DNA of 64,000 nucleotides from Naegleria gruberi (Eukaryota): assembly GCA_000004985.1 (NCBI GenBank), contig GG738912.1, one strand, 5' to 3'. Each line of letters starts with the position of its first letter. Position 1 is the stretch's first letter. A program made the position numbers and the translations under genes. This document shows, piece after piece, positions 42,540 to 53,401 of this stretch. The notes under the pieces were generated by a model. The model saw only the letters and a list, made by a program, of their open reading frames with translations, did not search any database and was not told where the DNA came from.

Positions 42540-43124
42540 ATGTTAATAGAGAATGTTATATTTTCGGATGATGTTTGTTTTGAGATAATTTCCATGATTG
42601 ATGATTCTTGGTTTATTTTGAATAATTGTTGTTTAATTTCAAAACAATGGTTTAATGTGATCAAGGAACGTTCAAAACTTGTTATTCAATTTAACGAACA
42701 ATTTACAGAAAATAGAATTGAATTGTTAATGAAAAGTCAATTCATGAATAGTATTGTAAATGTTAAGTTTTCTTATATGTTGCTTAACTCTCCAGATCAA
42801 GTTAAATTCATAACTGAAATGAAACAATTAACATCACTTAGTATTGCTGGCAATCAAATTGGTGTAGAAGGAGCCAAATTTATAAGTGAAATGAAACAAT
42901 TAACATCACTTGATATACATGATAATGGAATTGGTGTAGAAGGAGCCAAATACATTAGTGAAATGAAACAATTAACATCACTAAATATTGCTGACAATCA
43001 AATTCATGTAGAAGGAGCCAAATTTATAAGTGAAATGAAACAATTAACATCACTTAATATATATTATAATGGAATTGGTGTAGAAGGATCCAAGTACATA
43101 AGTGAAATGAAACAATTAGCGTAG
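42540..43124 (+). CDS. F-box-like / RI-type LRR protein with 72-nt perfect tandem repeats. It is possibly truncated.
   Basis: The N-terminus is F-box-like (CFEIISMIDDSWFILNNCCLISKQWFNVIKE). Four or more 24-aa LRR units follow (SEMKQLTSLNIADNQIHVEGAKFI), encoded by near-identical 72-nt DNA repeats across 42810-43110. It is a paralog of 16267-17179. Confidence 0.5.
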   Translation: MLIENVIFSDDVCFEIISMIDDSWFILNNCCLISKQWFNVIKERSKLVIQFNEQFTENRIELLMKSQFMNSIVNVKFSYMLLNSPDQVKFITEMKQLTSLSIAGNQIGVEGAKFISEMKQLTSLDIHDNGIGVEGAKYISEMKQLTSLNIADNQIHVEGAKFISEMKQLTSLNIYYNGIGVEGSKYISEMKQLA

Positions 43125-43574
43125 AATAAAACGTGTAACTTTATTAATGTCTTATATCAATAACAGCCTGAGACCAAATCGTTATACTAACTTAGATTCT
43201 TTGCGGGGATTTGGTGTTTTGTTGATATTTAAGGCTGCCTTACATTGTAAAGATTCGTTATTTTAATGGCCTCTCTGTGGAGTATTATGAATGTGATTGA
43301 TTATTTTCCAAACATTGATGAGTTTACGTAAGTCAAACAATTCAGTGATTGGTTTTGAAGCGTTTTCTTGTCACTAAATAGGATGCTCCGATGGTGCTTA
43401 ATAAACTGATGTGCTGTAGTCTTTTCCATAATTATTTAAAGTCAAATTTCTCAAAAAACAATCATTTCTCATACCTTATTACTTCATTACGACTGTCGTG
43501 TTAGATGTTGTTCGTAGACAATTTGATTATTCAACGAACTGGACGATTACGATATTTCACATTTCACAAAAAAA

Positions 43575-44895
43575 ATGATTCAACACCAAGTCATCAAGTG
43601 CATTGTTCTGTTTTTCGTGTTGATTATTGCACAACTGATGCTATTGATGATCAATGTGAATGGCATGACCATCACAACGATGACCACTCCATCTGCATCA
43701 GCATCTTCATCACAATTTCTCAACGCTCAAGCTCCTGAAATTTCCTATCGGAATGGAAGATTTCTCCGAGATAAGAGTGCCATTGTTTTTGATTGGAGTG
43801 GATTCATCATTTCCACACAATTTACTCATCGTGAGAATGCCTCTCAACCTATCAATTCATTAAAGATGGTTGTTCATTTGGATGATCCAGGAAATTTGTA
43901 TAATTGTTACTTGTGGAAAATTAGTGAAAATAAGAGAGTGAAATTGTTGCAGGAAAATGTCTTGACAACTGTTAAGGGAGAAAATGCATTTGGATTGGTG
44001 TTTAATTGGCCTATGGATAAGGATTCTCAATCATATGTTGTTGAAATTGAAATTGAGAAGAGAACTGAAGCTATGGTTGGAGTTGTTCAATTTTATGGAA
44101 TTACCTTTTTACAATCTGTTCAATTAATTCAAAGAAATTCAATGAAATTGAAGGAGAAATCAAGTACTGATCTCAAGATTGAATTCATTGGAGACTCAAT
44201 TACATGTGCATATGGAAATATGGGTAAGCCGCCTTGTGCCTACACTCCTGCCACTCAAAACGTACATGAAAGTTTTGTTGAAAAGACAGCAAGATATGTC
44301 AATGCTAGTGAAATTCACATTGAATGTTGGTCTGGAAAGGGTGTAGTTCGTAATTTTGCAGATAAGAACACTACCAGTGTTGATCCATTCCCAGTTTACT
44401 ATCCAAGAACTTTGGCAAATGATGCAAACAGTGTTTGGGAATTTAGAAAGACATTTATTCCAGATATTGCTGTAATTACTTTGGGAACTAATGATTTCAG
44501 TACTGCTCCTAGACCTAGTTTTGAACAATTCTCAAATGGTTATCAGAAATTCCTTGATTTCATTTTTGGAAAGTATGCTCCAATTAAGGGACCATCTTTC
44601 AAGATTGTAATGGTTGTAAGTTTCATTGTTCAAAATTTCATTTCAATTGTTAATCTATTGGATACTATTGGATATGTAGAGTGTTGTGGCCACTGAAAAT
44701 TATGGAGATTACATTCAAAGTATTGCTGAAAAGCAACCTGGATATGGAAAAAATGTTTTCTTTGCTAATTTGAGAGATGTTTGGCGTGGATTTGGACAAA
44801 ATGATTGGGGATGTTCTGGACATCCAAATGAAAATGGTGATGAAAAGTTGGCTCTTGCTCTCAGCTCTTTCCTTTCCAAAAATGTTTTAAATTAA
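43575..44895 (+). CDS. Secreted SGNH/GDSL hydrolase (esterase), join(43575..44625, 44680..44895)
   Basis: The signal peptide is MIQHQVIKCIVLFFVLIIAQLMLLMINVNG. The N-terminal region is beta-rich. Block I is FIGDSITCAYG, block III is ITLGTNDF and block V is GCSGHPNENGDEKLA. A 54-nt GTAAGT..TGTAG intron spans 44626-44679. Confidence 0.7.
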
Positions 44896-44966
44896 TTTTT
44901 ATTTAATTTTTATTATAATAATGAATTTATTTTTTATATAATTCAATCTCAAAAATTTATTTACAA

Positions 44967-47261
44967 TTAATTACTGCTTGTTAGATCTTCTTCTTGACCT
45001 TCTTCAGCATTTTCCAAAAGACCTGGGTCATATTGATTCAACCAAGCATCACAACTCATGACAAGTGGAAGTTTAGCTAGTTTTTCCATGGCAATTCTAA
45101 CTTCTGGATTGACAAACTTTGGTTTCTTCTTAAAGAATGCAGAATAATAGTTTTGAGAACAAACTTCATCAAAAACTGGCAAGGCCTTCTTGGAATTGAA
45201 ACAATGACACCAAAATGCATTGAATCTAGTACTCTTAAAGTGATCTGGATCTTCCAACCACAAATCTTCAACTGTAATTTCCTTTTGAACCTTGAAAATT
45301 CCTTCAATGATGAAAGCAACAGCTGGGTTTTGAACTCCACTTCTGGCAATGTCGAGCAGATAATTGAAATTGTAAGCTTCTTCATTTACAAAGAGCTCTG
45401 CTGGATCTTCTTGTGGACCAATGAAGAGAGCTCTGAATGATGGAAGAACAGCTTTTCTCATATAGGCAGAAACGAAATTATCTGAATTAGTTTCGTCACA
45501 CAATGAGGAAAGGGAAACTTGCTTCAATTTTGTTTGAGTATCCAAATATGAAATTAAACAATTCACTTGATTGACAAAGCTTGCAACAAAATGATCTGGA
45601 TCACCCAAATCTGGATATTCCACAGTATCTATTCCAGCAATATTATAATTAATAACAATTTCATCTTCTTCCTCAATGACATCTTCTGGTTCTTGAGTGA
45701 GAGGTTTTTGAGCTTTTGGAGCAGTTGGTTTCTTTGGAGCATCGTCGTCCTCATCTTCATCGCTACTGAAATCGAGAGAGAGGTCACTTTCATCTGAATA
45801 GTCAGAGTGATCATCTTTCTTCGCTTCCTTATCAGATTTGACCACTGTTCCATTACCAATATCCTTATCGACAATCTTTGGTGGTTCAAGTTGGAGAAGG
45901 GAAATGAAACCTTTGGCTCCCTTATTGGAATTTTGCTCGTTTTGTTTTCTTTCCTTCCACATGGCCAATTCATTCTTGGTTAATAAGGATTCGAATTTGG
46001 TTTCGTTCTTATCTCCGAGAGCGAATAAAATCTTCTTCACTCTAACAACTTCTTCCTTATTCATATACTTTTCAGCTACACTCGAGTTGATTGTGTATTC
46101 AATAGTATTGGAGAGTTGACTAACAATACATTTTCCAAGTTTTTCTTGAACCATGGCATTCTTCTTAACATGTTTCAATCCTTGTTTGATAATGAACTGA
46201 GCTACTCTGTACAATGAATTGAATTGATCCTTATTTAACTTTAAAACCAACATGTCTTGATCTCCTTCTTTTCTAACCATTTGATCGATATTGAAAAGAG
46301 CGAAACCCATCAAGGCAATTTCACCAATATTGAGATTGGATTTTGGTTTCACGGCAGAGAATGAAGAAAAGAATTTTCCAAGTAAATTTCCTGAAGATCC
46401 TGATGCATTTTCCTTCTTCTTTCTCTTCATTGGAGCATCATCGTCATCCATACAGAGCTCTTCATCACTTTCTTCCCTGTAGTCTTCATCAAAGAAAAAG
46501 TCCTCGTCCTCATCTGGATCTAATTTCACTTTCCATGCATCCTTGTCCTGTGGATCGTTGGAAATGAGAGCAATTCTCTTCCACACCAATTGTTTGGCCA
46601 AAAGCTCCTTCTTTGACTTTTCCAAGTGTCCAGCATTAATTTCCTGTTCTACCAATTGAATCGACTCGTAGAAAGTCTTGAGGAGATAGGACATTGGACC
46701 ACAATTCTTTCCTGAATTATCCTTCTCTTCCTTAATGACCTTATTATAGAACTTGGCAATGGTTTGATTCTTTTCACTGATAATATCAAGGAGATCGTAG
46801 TGTGGATGCTTTCTCGAGAGTCTTTCAGCTTCTTGTTGTAAAATAGCAGCAATTTCATTTTCAAATTTGGTCTTGGCTTCCATCTCCTTGACAACTTGTT
46901 GAGCTTCATAGGAGAGTGGAGAAACCTCCTCAAAGGTATGATCTCTCACATAATTCATCAACAAACTCAAGTTCTTTTCCTCGATACCTTTTTGAATTTC
47001 CTTCTTTCTTCTGAAAAATTCCTTCAATTGATCTCTTTTACTGACCGCAATTTCTCTGACTTTAATCATTGGTTCTGGACGAACTGAGACAGAGTCTTCT
47101 TCATCCTTCTTCTTTGAATTATCCTTCACAGTACCATAACTATCACAAACAGCAATGATATCATCCAATTCCTTCAAACTCTTTTTCACATTGTAAGCAT
47201 AGAAAATTCTAGAAACCAAGTGAGTACACAATTGACCCAATTCATGTTGTGAAATTTCCAT
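44967..47261 (-). CDS. Large (764 aa) conserved-looking protein with acidic D/E/S stretches. It is possibly a nucleolar or ribosome-biogenesis factor.
   Basis: This is a single long ORF with acidic tracts (DEDEDFFFDEDYREESDEE; SDESDLSLDFSSDEDEDDD). Helical regions are present. No family is recognised with confidence. Confidence 0.4.
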   Translation of the reverse strand: MEISQHELGQLCTHLVSRIFYAYNVKKSLKELDDIIAVCDSYGTVKDNSKKKDEEDSVSVRPEPMIKVREIAVSKRDQLKEFFRRKKEIQKGIEEKNLSLLMNYVRDHTFEEVSPLSYEAQQVVKEMEAKTKFENEIAAILQQEAERLSRKHPHYDLLDIISEKNQTIAKFYNKVIKEEKDNSGKNCGPMSYLLKTFYESIQLVEQEINAGHLEKSKKELLAKQLVWKRIALISNDPQDKDAWKVKLDPDEDEDFFFDEDYREESDEELCMDDDDAPMKRKKKENASGSSGNLLGKFFSSFSAVKPKSNLNIGEIALMGFALFNIDQMVRKEGDQDMLVLKLNKDQFNSLYRVAQFIIKQGLKHVKKNAMVQEKLGKCIVSQLSNTIEYTINSSVAEKYMNKEEVVRVKKILFALGDKNETKFESLLTKNELAMWKERKQNEQNSNKGAKGFISLLQLEPPKIVDKDIGNGTVVKSDKEAKKDDHSDYSDESDLSLDFSSDEDEDDDAPKKPTAPKAQKPLTQEPEDVIEEEDEIVINYNIAGIDTVEYPDLGDPDHFVASFVNQVNCLISYLDTQTKLKQVSLSSLCDETNSDNFVSAYMRKAVLPSFRALFIGPQEDPAELFVNEEAYNFNYLLDIARSGVQNPAVAFIIEGIFKVQKEITVEDLWLEDPDHFKSTRFNAFWCHCFNSKKALPVFDEVCSQNYYSAFFKKKPKFVNPEVRIAMEKLAKLPLVMSCDAWLNQYDPGLLENAEEGQEEDLTSSN

Positions 47262-47321
47262 AACAGCTATACATGTTCAATTCAAATTTTGTAGAAACAA
47301 TTCAATAAAATTTGAATCATT

Positions 47322-48430
47322 CTAATACTTACGAGTATCATCACCAACTTTGTACACAAAAACTCTATAATCCACATTAGAAGCAGCTTCCAAATTTGCT
47401 CCCTTTGTCAAATTAATCATAACACTTATGTGTGCAGTAACTTTCGTTGTAATATTACTTCTTCCATAAATGATAAATCTCTCTGAGAACCAATCAGTAG
47501 TTTGAGCCACTCCATGTGAAACTTCGTGATGCAAATAGGATTTAGTGGCAATTTGAGAAAGATCAACACCACCATCAAGGAATGAAGTTCCCTGCTGAGC
47601 TTCGTTTGGATCATTTTCCTTTTCCTCAAATGCTGAAATTTTCACATTGAGTGGAGTGGATCCATAGGTCATGACTGGATGCACTAGAACTTCATAAATT
47701 CCAGGATCGACATTGGAAACTTGTATTTTCTTGAATTGTTTCAAATTAATTCTTCCAGGAGTTTGATAAACAACATCTTTCTTTTTGAATAATTGGAAAC
47801 CGAAACCAGAAATTGCTCCAACTGTTTGTCTTGACACTTTAATCAGTACAGTAATCAAATTATCCTATTTTCATCATCAACAGCATTCAAACATTCCACA
47901 AAAATTATAAATTTCGTATTGTCCATATAAAAATTATTACAAAAATTGGAAACTTTACAAAAACTTACTCTTTGCACTTCACCATCTTTTCTAAATAAAT
48001 TAAATTCCTTTGAACATTTTTGTTCTTTTGCAGTCATGACTGCTTCAAAATCCAAACTCAACTCTAAAGCTTCGATATGGATAGAAACAGGTTCGGGATT
48101 CGTATTACTCAACCGATCAAGACAAAGTTTATATCTGCAAGGTTCTAATTTACCATGGAGAATAATTTTCTCATCATCTGTGGCAGAGAAGGTAAATTGT
48201 TCATCTACACCAACTGGGAATAAACCACTTTCGAAAAAACCAAGTGCATTTTGTTGACTTTTACTTTCGAATAATCGTGAGTTTAGTCCAGCTCCGATGT
48301 TTAAAGGTAAATCACCAGATGTTGTAGAAGAAGTATTAGACAAGGTAATTTTCTTTCTTGCTTTGTTTCTCTGTAAATTAGCATAGTCTTCTCCGAGTTC
48401 AGATACTGACTGGGTTGATTTCAAATTCAT
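47322..48430 (-). CDS. Two-exon gene, join(48430..47969, 47864..47322), encoding an about 331-aa globular protein of unknown function
   Basis: The GTAAGT donor is at 47968 and the AATAG acceptor ends at 47865, giving a 104-nt AT-rich intron. The intron joins track ORFs 47855..48430 and 47322..47858 in frame (…FRKDGEVQR|DNLITVLIKVSRQ…). Confidence 0.5.
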
Positions 48431-48639
48431 TTTTTTTGATTGATGACTTGTTTAACTGAACAGTAATGATTGTTGAGAGATGTTTCACTGACAATGAAGT
48501 CTTTCACTGAAGTGATGAACGAACAGCGAATGCAAAGTACTTCATTGTTAATTATGGAAGTTTTGGTATTAATAATTTTACAGAATTTATATATTTAATA
48601 TTTACTATTATACAAAATGAAGGTTGTGATTCAGAAGAT

Positions 48640-49374
48640 TTACTTTCTGAAATTTCTCTTATAGGCAGCAAGACAGCTAATGCTAGGAGTTCTCAACTTG
48701 TCCTTATTGATTTGACTCAAAAATTGTTGTCTTGTCTTTCTCCAATTATTGACAGGTGAAGGTTGAACAGTTTGTTGATTCATTCTAATAAATTCCAATC
48801 TTTTCAAATCCTTAGCAGATAACAATCTCTTCAATTGGGTATTTCCACAAATTCTTTGATGGTATTTCATATATTTAGACTTGTGACATTTGTGGCAGTT
48901 TGGACATTCAACCAATGAGTTCTTTGCAGATTTTTGACATGAAGAACCTTGAGATTTGCACTGAGAAGTTTGACTTCCTTGATGTTTGGCAGTTTTCACT
49001 TTCATTTGAGATTTAACATTCAAGTCAGCAAACAATTTTTCCATTTGCAAAATTCTTCCTTTCAAAATCAAGTTTTCTTCTTGGAGAATTTTCTTTTCTC
49101 TTCTCAAAATTTCGACATGTTTTGAAGATTGCTTCTTCTTTGCTTGTTGTTTTTGTTTCTTCAATACCAAATCAACTCTAATTGACTTTCTTTTCAAGTA
49201 TGGGAAAGGTCCTTGTGGTTTCTTTGAGATTTGGACGAAAGGAGTTGTGGAAGTGGAATTGATGGATTGATTTAATGTTTGAGATGGTGAATTGACTGGA
49301 ATGTCATCAAAGTTTGAAGCATTGTTCTTTTGATTTGTGGCAGTTCTCTTGAAATCGAATTCTTGCATGATCAT
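48640..49374 (-). CDS. Basic coiled-coil (bZIP-like) protein with a C-terminal CxxC...HxxxxC zinc-finger-like motif (244 aa)
   Basis: The basic region KKQKQQAKKKQSSKHVEILRREKK is followed by a Leu heptad (ILQEENLILKGRILQMEKL). The C-terminal motif is CPNCHKCHKSKYMKYHQRIC. Confidence 0.4.
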   Translation of the reverse strand: MIMQEFDFKRTATNQKNNASNFDDIPVNSPSQTLNQSINSTSTTPFVQISKKPQGPFPYLKRKSIRVDLVLKKQKQQAKKKQSSKHVEILRREKKILQEENLILKGRILQMEKLFADLNVKSQMKVKTAKHQGSQTSQCKSQGSSCQKSAKNSLVECPNCHKCHKSKYMKYHQRICGNTQLKRLLSAKDLKRLEFIRMNQQTVQPSPVNNWRKTRQQFLSQINKDKLRTPSISCLAAYKRNFRK

Positions 49375-49650
49375 TTTTGTTGTTTTGTTTTGATTTTGTT
49401 ATTGTGGAGTTTAGTGGATTGCTTCTCTGACTATTTATTCGAAAGTTAGTTGACGAATAGACCTACCCAAACTTTCAATAATGGAAACACATCAACAGCT
49501 GTACTTACCAACTGAACGAAAATGGAAAGTCATGTTATCTCTCAACCTATTAATACCCTTAAATACCCCAATCTAAACAAACCAACACACAGGCATTCCA
49601 ATAACAATTTTGTTATTTAGGCTATCAGATGATAAAACCATTTCAAAAAA

Positions 49651-49768
49651 GACTACAGCACCACAGGTTCCCAAGTTGTCTCCAACCTCAGTACTGATGT
49701 GGCTCGACGATGCTTAACTTCTCAAATCGGACGGGATGAGGTGCATTCATCGTGATATGGCCGTAGCC
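49651..49768 (-). rRNA. 5S ribosomal RNA, solitary copy
   Basis: The minus strand reads GGCTACGGCCATATCACGATGAATGCACCTCATCCCGTCCGATTTGAGAAGTTAAGCATCGTCGAGCCACATCAGTACTGAGGTTGGAGACAACTTGGGAACCTGTGGTGCTGTAGTC. This matches the eukaryotic 5S consensus blocks (GGCCATA, CCCGTCCGAT, GAAGTTAAGC, GTACT, GGGAA, GGTGCTGTAG). Helix I pairs the 5' and 3' ends. A TTTTTT terminator follows immediately downstream. Confidence 0.9.
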
Positions 49769-50649
49769 ATTAATTTTCATAACGCCTTAATATTGAATAA
49801 TTTCTGCACATTTCTTGATGTCCAAAGATGATGAAAGTTAGATTTGAAGGAACGACTAATTCTTCATTACTAAGCAGCCTCGGTATTCCATATTCCTTGG
49901 TTATTATTTATTGTTTGGGTCGAAGAATCCATATCGGACCGAAGATACCCTGCCCCATTCTTATATTCCATAATGAGAATAATCTGATCATTGGCAACAT
50001 TGAAATTGTAATCAAGAGTTCCAAGAATATTTGGATGTGAATACTTTCTATGAAATTCAAGCTCACTAATTACATGTTTATAAATACGTAACCTGAAAAT
50101 CTTCTTTACCAGATCAGTCCATGTCTGGGTTTGCTCATATTCTTTTGACTATTGGAAACTCTGATTGCAAGATTGAAACATCACTGCATTACTCATACTT
50201 TTCAAAATCTAAATGTTTCTGTGCAATCGCCGACCACTTCTCAATCTTTTCATTAGTAACATGGAAAATAAGATGAATGGCCACAATTCTTCTTCATATA
50301 TTTCAGTAAGTTGATCGAAACATGTTGAACATTAATCTTTGCAAGTAACTCTCTCGTAAAGGAATTGATTTCTGGAAAGGATTCTGCTAGGGAGAATTTG
50401 AAAATACAGCATTGAACTTCCAATTCCATCCTTCAAAACAAATGGTTAAGGAATCGGTTGAGAGAGCGAAAGGATTCTTCTCAATAGAATTGTTAAACTC
50501 AAAGACTTGCATTTTTAAAATTCGAGTTGTATTAAGCTAATGATTAAATAGTGAGAAAAATAGAGTTTCATGTGTGCAACTTAGAACATCAAAGAACAGT
50601 AGGTTCTTACTGCTAATTATTATTATTGATTTTTTCTGATTACAAAAAA

Positions 50650-51243
50650 ATGATAAAATCGACGTGTTCTGGGTTGAAGCAGCTTGGATTGAATAAATTT
50701 CGATCATCACGAATAAATCTCCTCTTCCGACACCACTCCCCACTACTATTTTCTCAAGTCAACAACAACGATATGAACAATACACTCCAAGAAGAACAGC
50801 AGCAACAACAGGAACAAATAGAAATTTTACCCATCACAGTACCGAGAGTCGGAGAAGGAATTTCCACTCTCCAAATCACCAAGTGGCATAAACAAATTGG
50901 TGATTTGGTTGATTATGGAGATGCTTTGGTGGAGATGAAGGCATCCCAATTGTCGATTGATATTTATGCAGAAAGGAGAGGAATAATGAAGGAGCATTTA
51001 ATGAGAGAGGGAGAGTATGCACATGTTGGAGATGTAGTTTCGTACTTGCAAGTGGAAAGGATGAATAGTGAAGAAGTGAAAAAGGATATTGAAGGAATCA
51101 TGACAAAAACTGATATGACTGCGAAGAAGAAAATAGATTCGAGGGATTTAATAATTGCAATTATAGTTTTAATAGGTTTCTTTTTCGATGATTTTTTAAA
51201 ATTGGTCATGAATTGCTTTGATTATCTTTTCAATGAGAATTAA
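50650..51243 (+). CDS. Single lipoyl/biotinyl-attachment-domain protein with an N-terminal presequence-like region and a C-terminal hydrophobic helix
   Basis: The lipoyl domain reads ITVPRVGEGISTLQITKWHKQIGDLVDYGDALVEMKASQLSIDIYAERRGIMKEHLMREGEYAHVGDVVSYL, with the modifiable Lys in EMKAS. The probable ATG is at 50650 (MIKSTCSGLKQLGLNKFRSSRINLLFRHH); the track start at 50626 is a TTG. The C-terminus is LIIAIIVLIGFFF. Confidence 0.55.
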   Translation: MIKSTCSGLKQLGLNKFRSSRINLLFRHHSPLLFSQVNNNDMNNTLQEEQQQQQEQIEILPITVPRVGEGISTLQITKWHKQIGDLVDYGDALVEMKASQLSIDIYAERRGIMKEHLMREGEYAHVGDVVSYLQVERMNSEEVKKDIEGIMTKTDMTAKKKIDSRDLIIAIIVLIGFFFDDFLKLVMNCFDYLFNEN

Positions 51244-51336
51244 GGAGGTTATTATTCCAACTATAATTGTTTTCCAAGAGGAATATAGTCGATTTTGGAA
51301 TTATTAAGGATCCAATCTGGTCTGTTAATAAACAAA

Positions 51337-52818
51337 TTAAATCTTACGGAGTTTATTAACACAGGGACAAACTCTTCTTCTATGTTCCGAATTTTGACAT
51401 CTGAATCTACTATTTCTCGTGCCTAGCGTACAATAATTTTCATCAAATAAAGGTGATGAAGAATCCAATACAGGATTTCTTTCATAGGTACATTTACAAT
51501 TTGGAGAGAATTTCTTAATTTCCTCACATCGATTAATGTAAGGGAAGAATCTACCATCACAAATAGCACCTCTCTTCTCACAACAAGTTGCACAACTTTC
51601 ACCCTTTTCACATGCAACACTTTCAACATTCTTCAATTCGTAGAGTGAGAATTTGTGAGATGGTGGGGTGGAAGGAAGCGTCAGAGTATCATGAGTAAAG
51701 GCATATTCAGGATCATCCTGAGTGGCTCTACCAGCCATAGCGGAAATAGGAATCGGATTTGTATCATTGCAAGGGAAGAATAAAGAATTTGGACATTGTT
51801 CCGAATGGAACAAGACGTATAATTGTGATTGTGTTTGTGGTTCGAAACAATGAGGGAAATCTACATTATTTCTCTCAATATTTCTCTCGTTACCCACTGA
51901 AGACATGACACCAATATGTTTCATTAATTGGTATCTGTAAAGATAGAATAATCTATCCTTGAAATATTCCTTTCCATAATCGTGGAATCTATGGAAAAAT
52001 TCCTCCAAAAGCCAATCGATAGGTATATTGGTATATTGTTGCAATTCCATGAAATGAATCAGTGCATTGAAATCCTTTCTTTGAATCATTACTCCATTCA
52101 TACCAAAAGAAAAACGTATTCCTGCCCAATCTCTTCCTTCTATTTCCAGTTGTGTTGCCTTCTCGAAAATTAATGAAAGGTGAGAGATTGCTCCAGGACA
52201 CATTATAAAATCATCCTCCATAATAACCACAGGAACATTTGATCTTGTCTTCATATTTTCATGAAACAATCTAATCATATCATAAAAATCGTTTGATTGT
52301 AACCTCTTCCTTTCCGACAAGTCGGAATTCATAAACATATTATAACTATATCGTTTGTGAATTAAATAGGTTTGTGACTCGTGTGTATTTTGTCTCACAG
52401 TTCGTTCCACTTCTTCTCTAAAAGGTTCTCCTTTTGAATTTAGCACCACAATACAAGGGAAGAATAGCCTTTGTTTTACTCTAGCTAGGGAATCGACTGT
52501 CTTTCCGAGATAATAGAATTTATCACCCTCTATTGGTGGTCTTGGTGCAGTCAGAATTAAAAACACAACTTGGCATCTATCATCCAAAATATGCTCTATT
52601 TTGTAATTGTTTTCATCCACTTCAAAAAGCAGATTTGTAGCAGGTGATATTATTGGTTTTAATCTAGGTTTAATCAACACTATTTTCAATATAATAATAA
52701 AAGCAAATAAAAACAGTATTTGTGAAGCAACTAGGAGTAGCAGAGATTTAGTCTTGGTAAAAGTTCGAAATAAAGGTAAATACCTCTGCTTTAAATCATA
52801 TATAAATGTATTTATCAT
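51337..52818 (-). CDS. Type II membrane glycosyltransferase, MGAT4 (GnT-IV, GT54)-like, with a C-terminal Cys-rich domain (493 aa)
   Basis: The N-terminal signal anchor is LLLVASQILFLFAFIIILKIVLI. The blocks VVFLILTAPRPP...YLGKTVDSLARV, VPVVIMEDDFIMCPGAISHL and NIPIDWLLEEFF parallel the MGAT4 conserved regions (…IQLEDDII…, …PIDWLLDHIL…). Confidence 0.55.
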   Translation of the reverse strand: MINTFIYDLKQRYLPLFRTFTKTKSLLLLVASQILFLFAFIIILKIVLIKPRLKPIISPATNLLFEVDENNYKIEHILDDRCQVVFLILTAPRPPIEGDKFYYLGKTVDSLARVKQRLFFPCIVVLNSKGEPFREEVERTVRQNTHESQTYLIHKRYSYNMFMNSDLSERKRLQSNDFYDMIRLFHENMKTRSNVPVVIMEDDFIMCPGAISHLSLIFEKATQLEIEGRDWAGIRFSFGMNGVMIQRKDFNALIHFMELQQYTNIPIDWLLEEFFHRFHDYGKEYFKDRLFYLYRYQLMKHIGVMSSVGNERNIERNNVDFPHCFEPQTQSQLYVLFHSEQCPNSLFFPCNDTNPIPISAMAGRATQDDPEYAFTHDTLTLPSTPPSHKFSLYELKNVESVACEKGESCATCCEKRGAICDGRFFPYINRCEEIKKFSPNCKCTYERNPVLDSSSPLFDENYCTLGTRNSRFRCQNSEHRRRVCPCVNKLRKI

Positions 52819-53401
52819 CTTTTAAATTGTGTTATTAAATTATATTATTAATGATGATGGAAATATAAATTAAAATAGGTTGCTGATAATATTGGGCGAT
52901 GATACAGCAAAATGTATATGCTCGGATTATATTTCCTCTGTAAATTGTTCAGAGAGAGAAATATTAAATCAAGAACTTCCTGATGTTAAAGATGATAACA
53001 CTCAAATCTTAAGAAGAATGATGATGAACCCAAAAATCCACACTATCCAGATATTGTTAAATATATCAAAATTATCCTCTCCGGTAGTAGAAGAATCGAC
53101 GAATGAGAGAGAGAATATGTTCTTTACTTTTTTTCTCTAAATTTCCTTCATCAACATAATTTGCGATGTGTGTAACACAGAGAGGAACATCACTCGATGC
53201 TTGATTGTTTGTGCGTTTCATTCCCGCCCTTTCTAGAAAATCTTTATAAAACAGGTATAACGATAGGTAGTCGTTGGAACTGTAAGTTTTTGTAAAGTAC
53301 AGATTATTTTGCATTGAAATGAAGATATGAGAGATACACAGTTCAGAACAAGTGTGTTTTTGAAAATCAATTTTTAATTAAATCCTAGAAAAGATGTGAG
53401 T

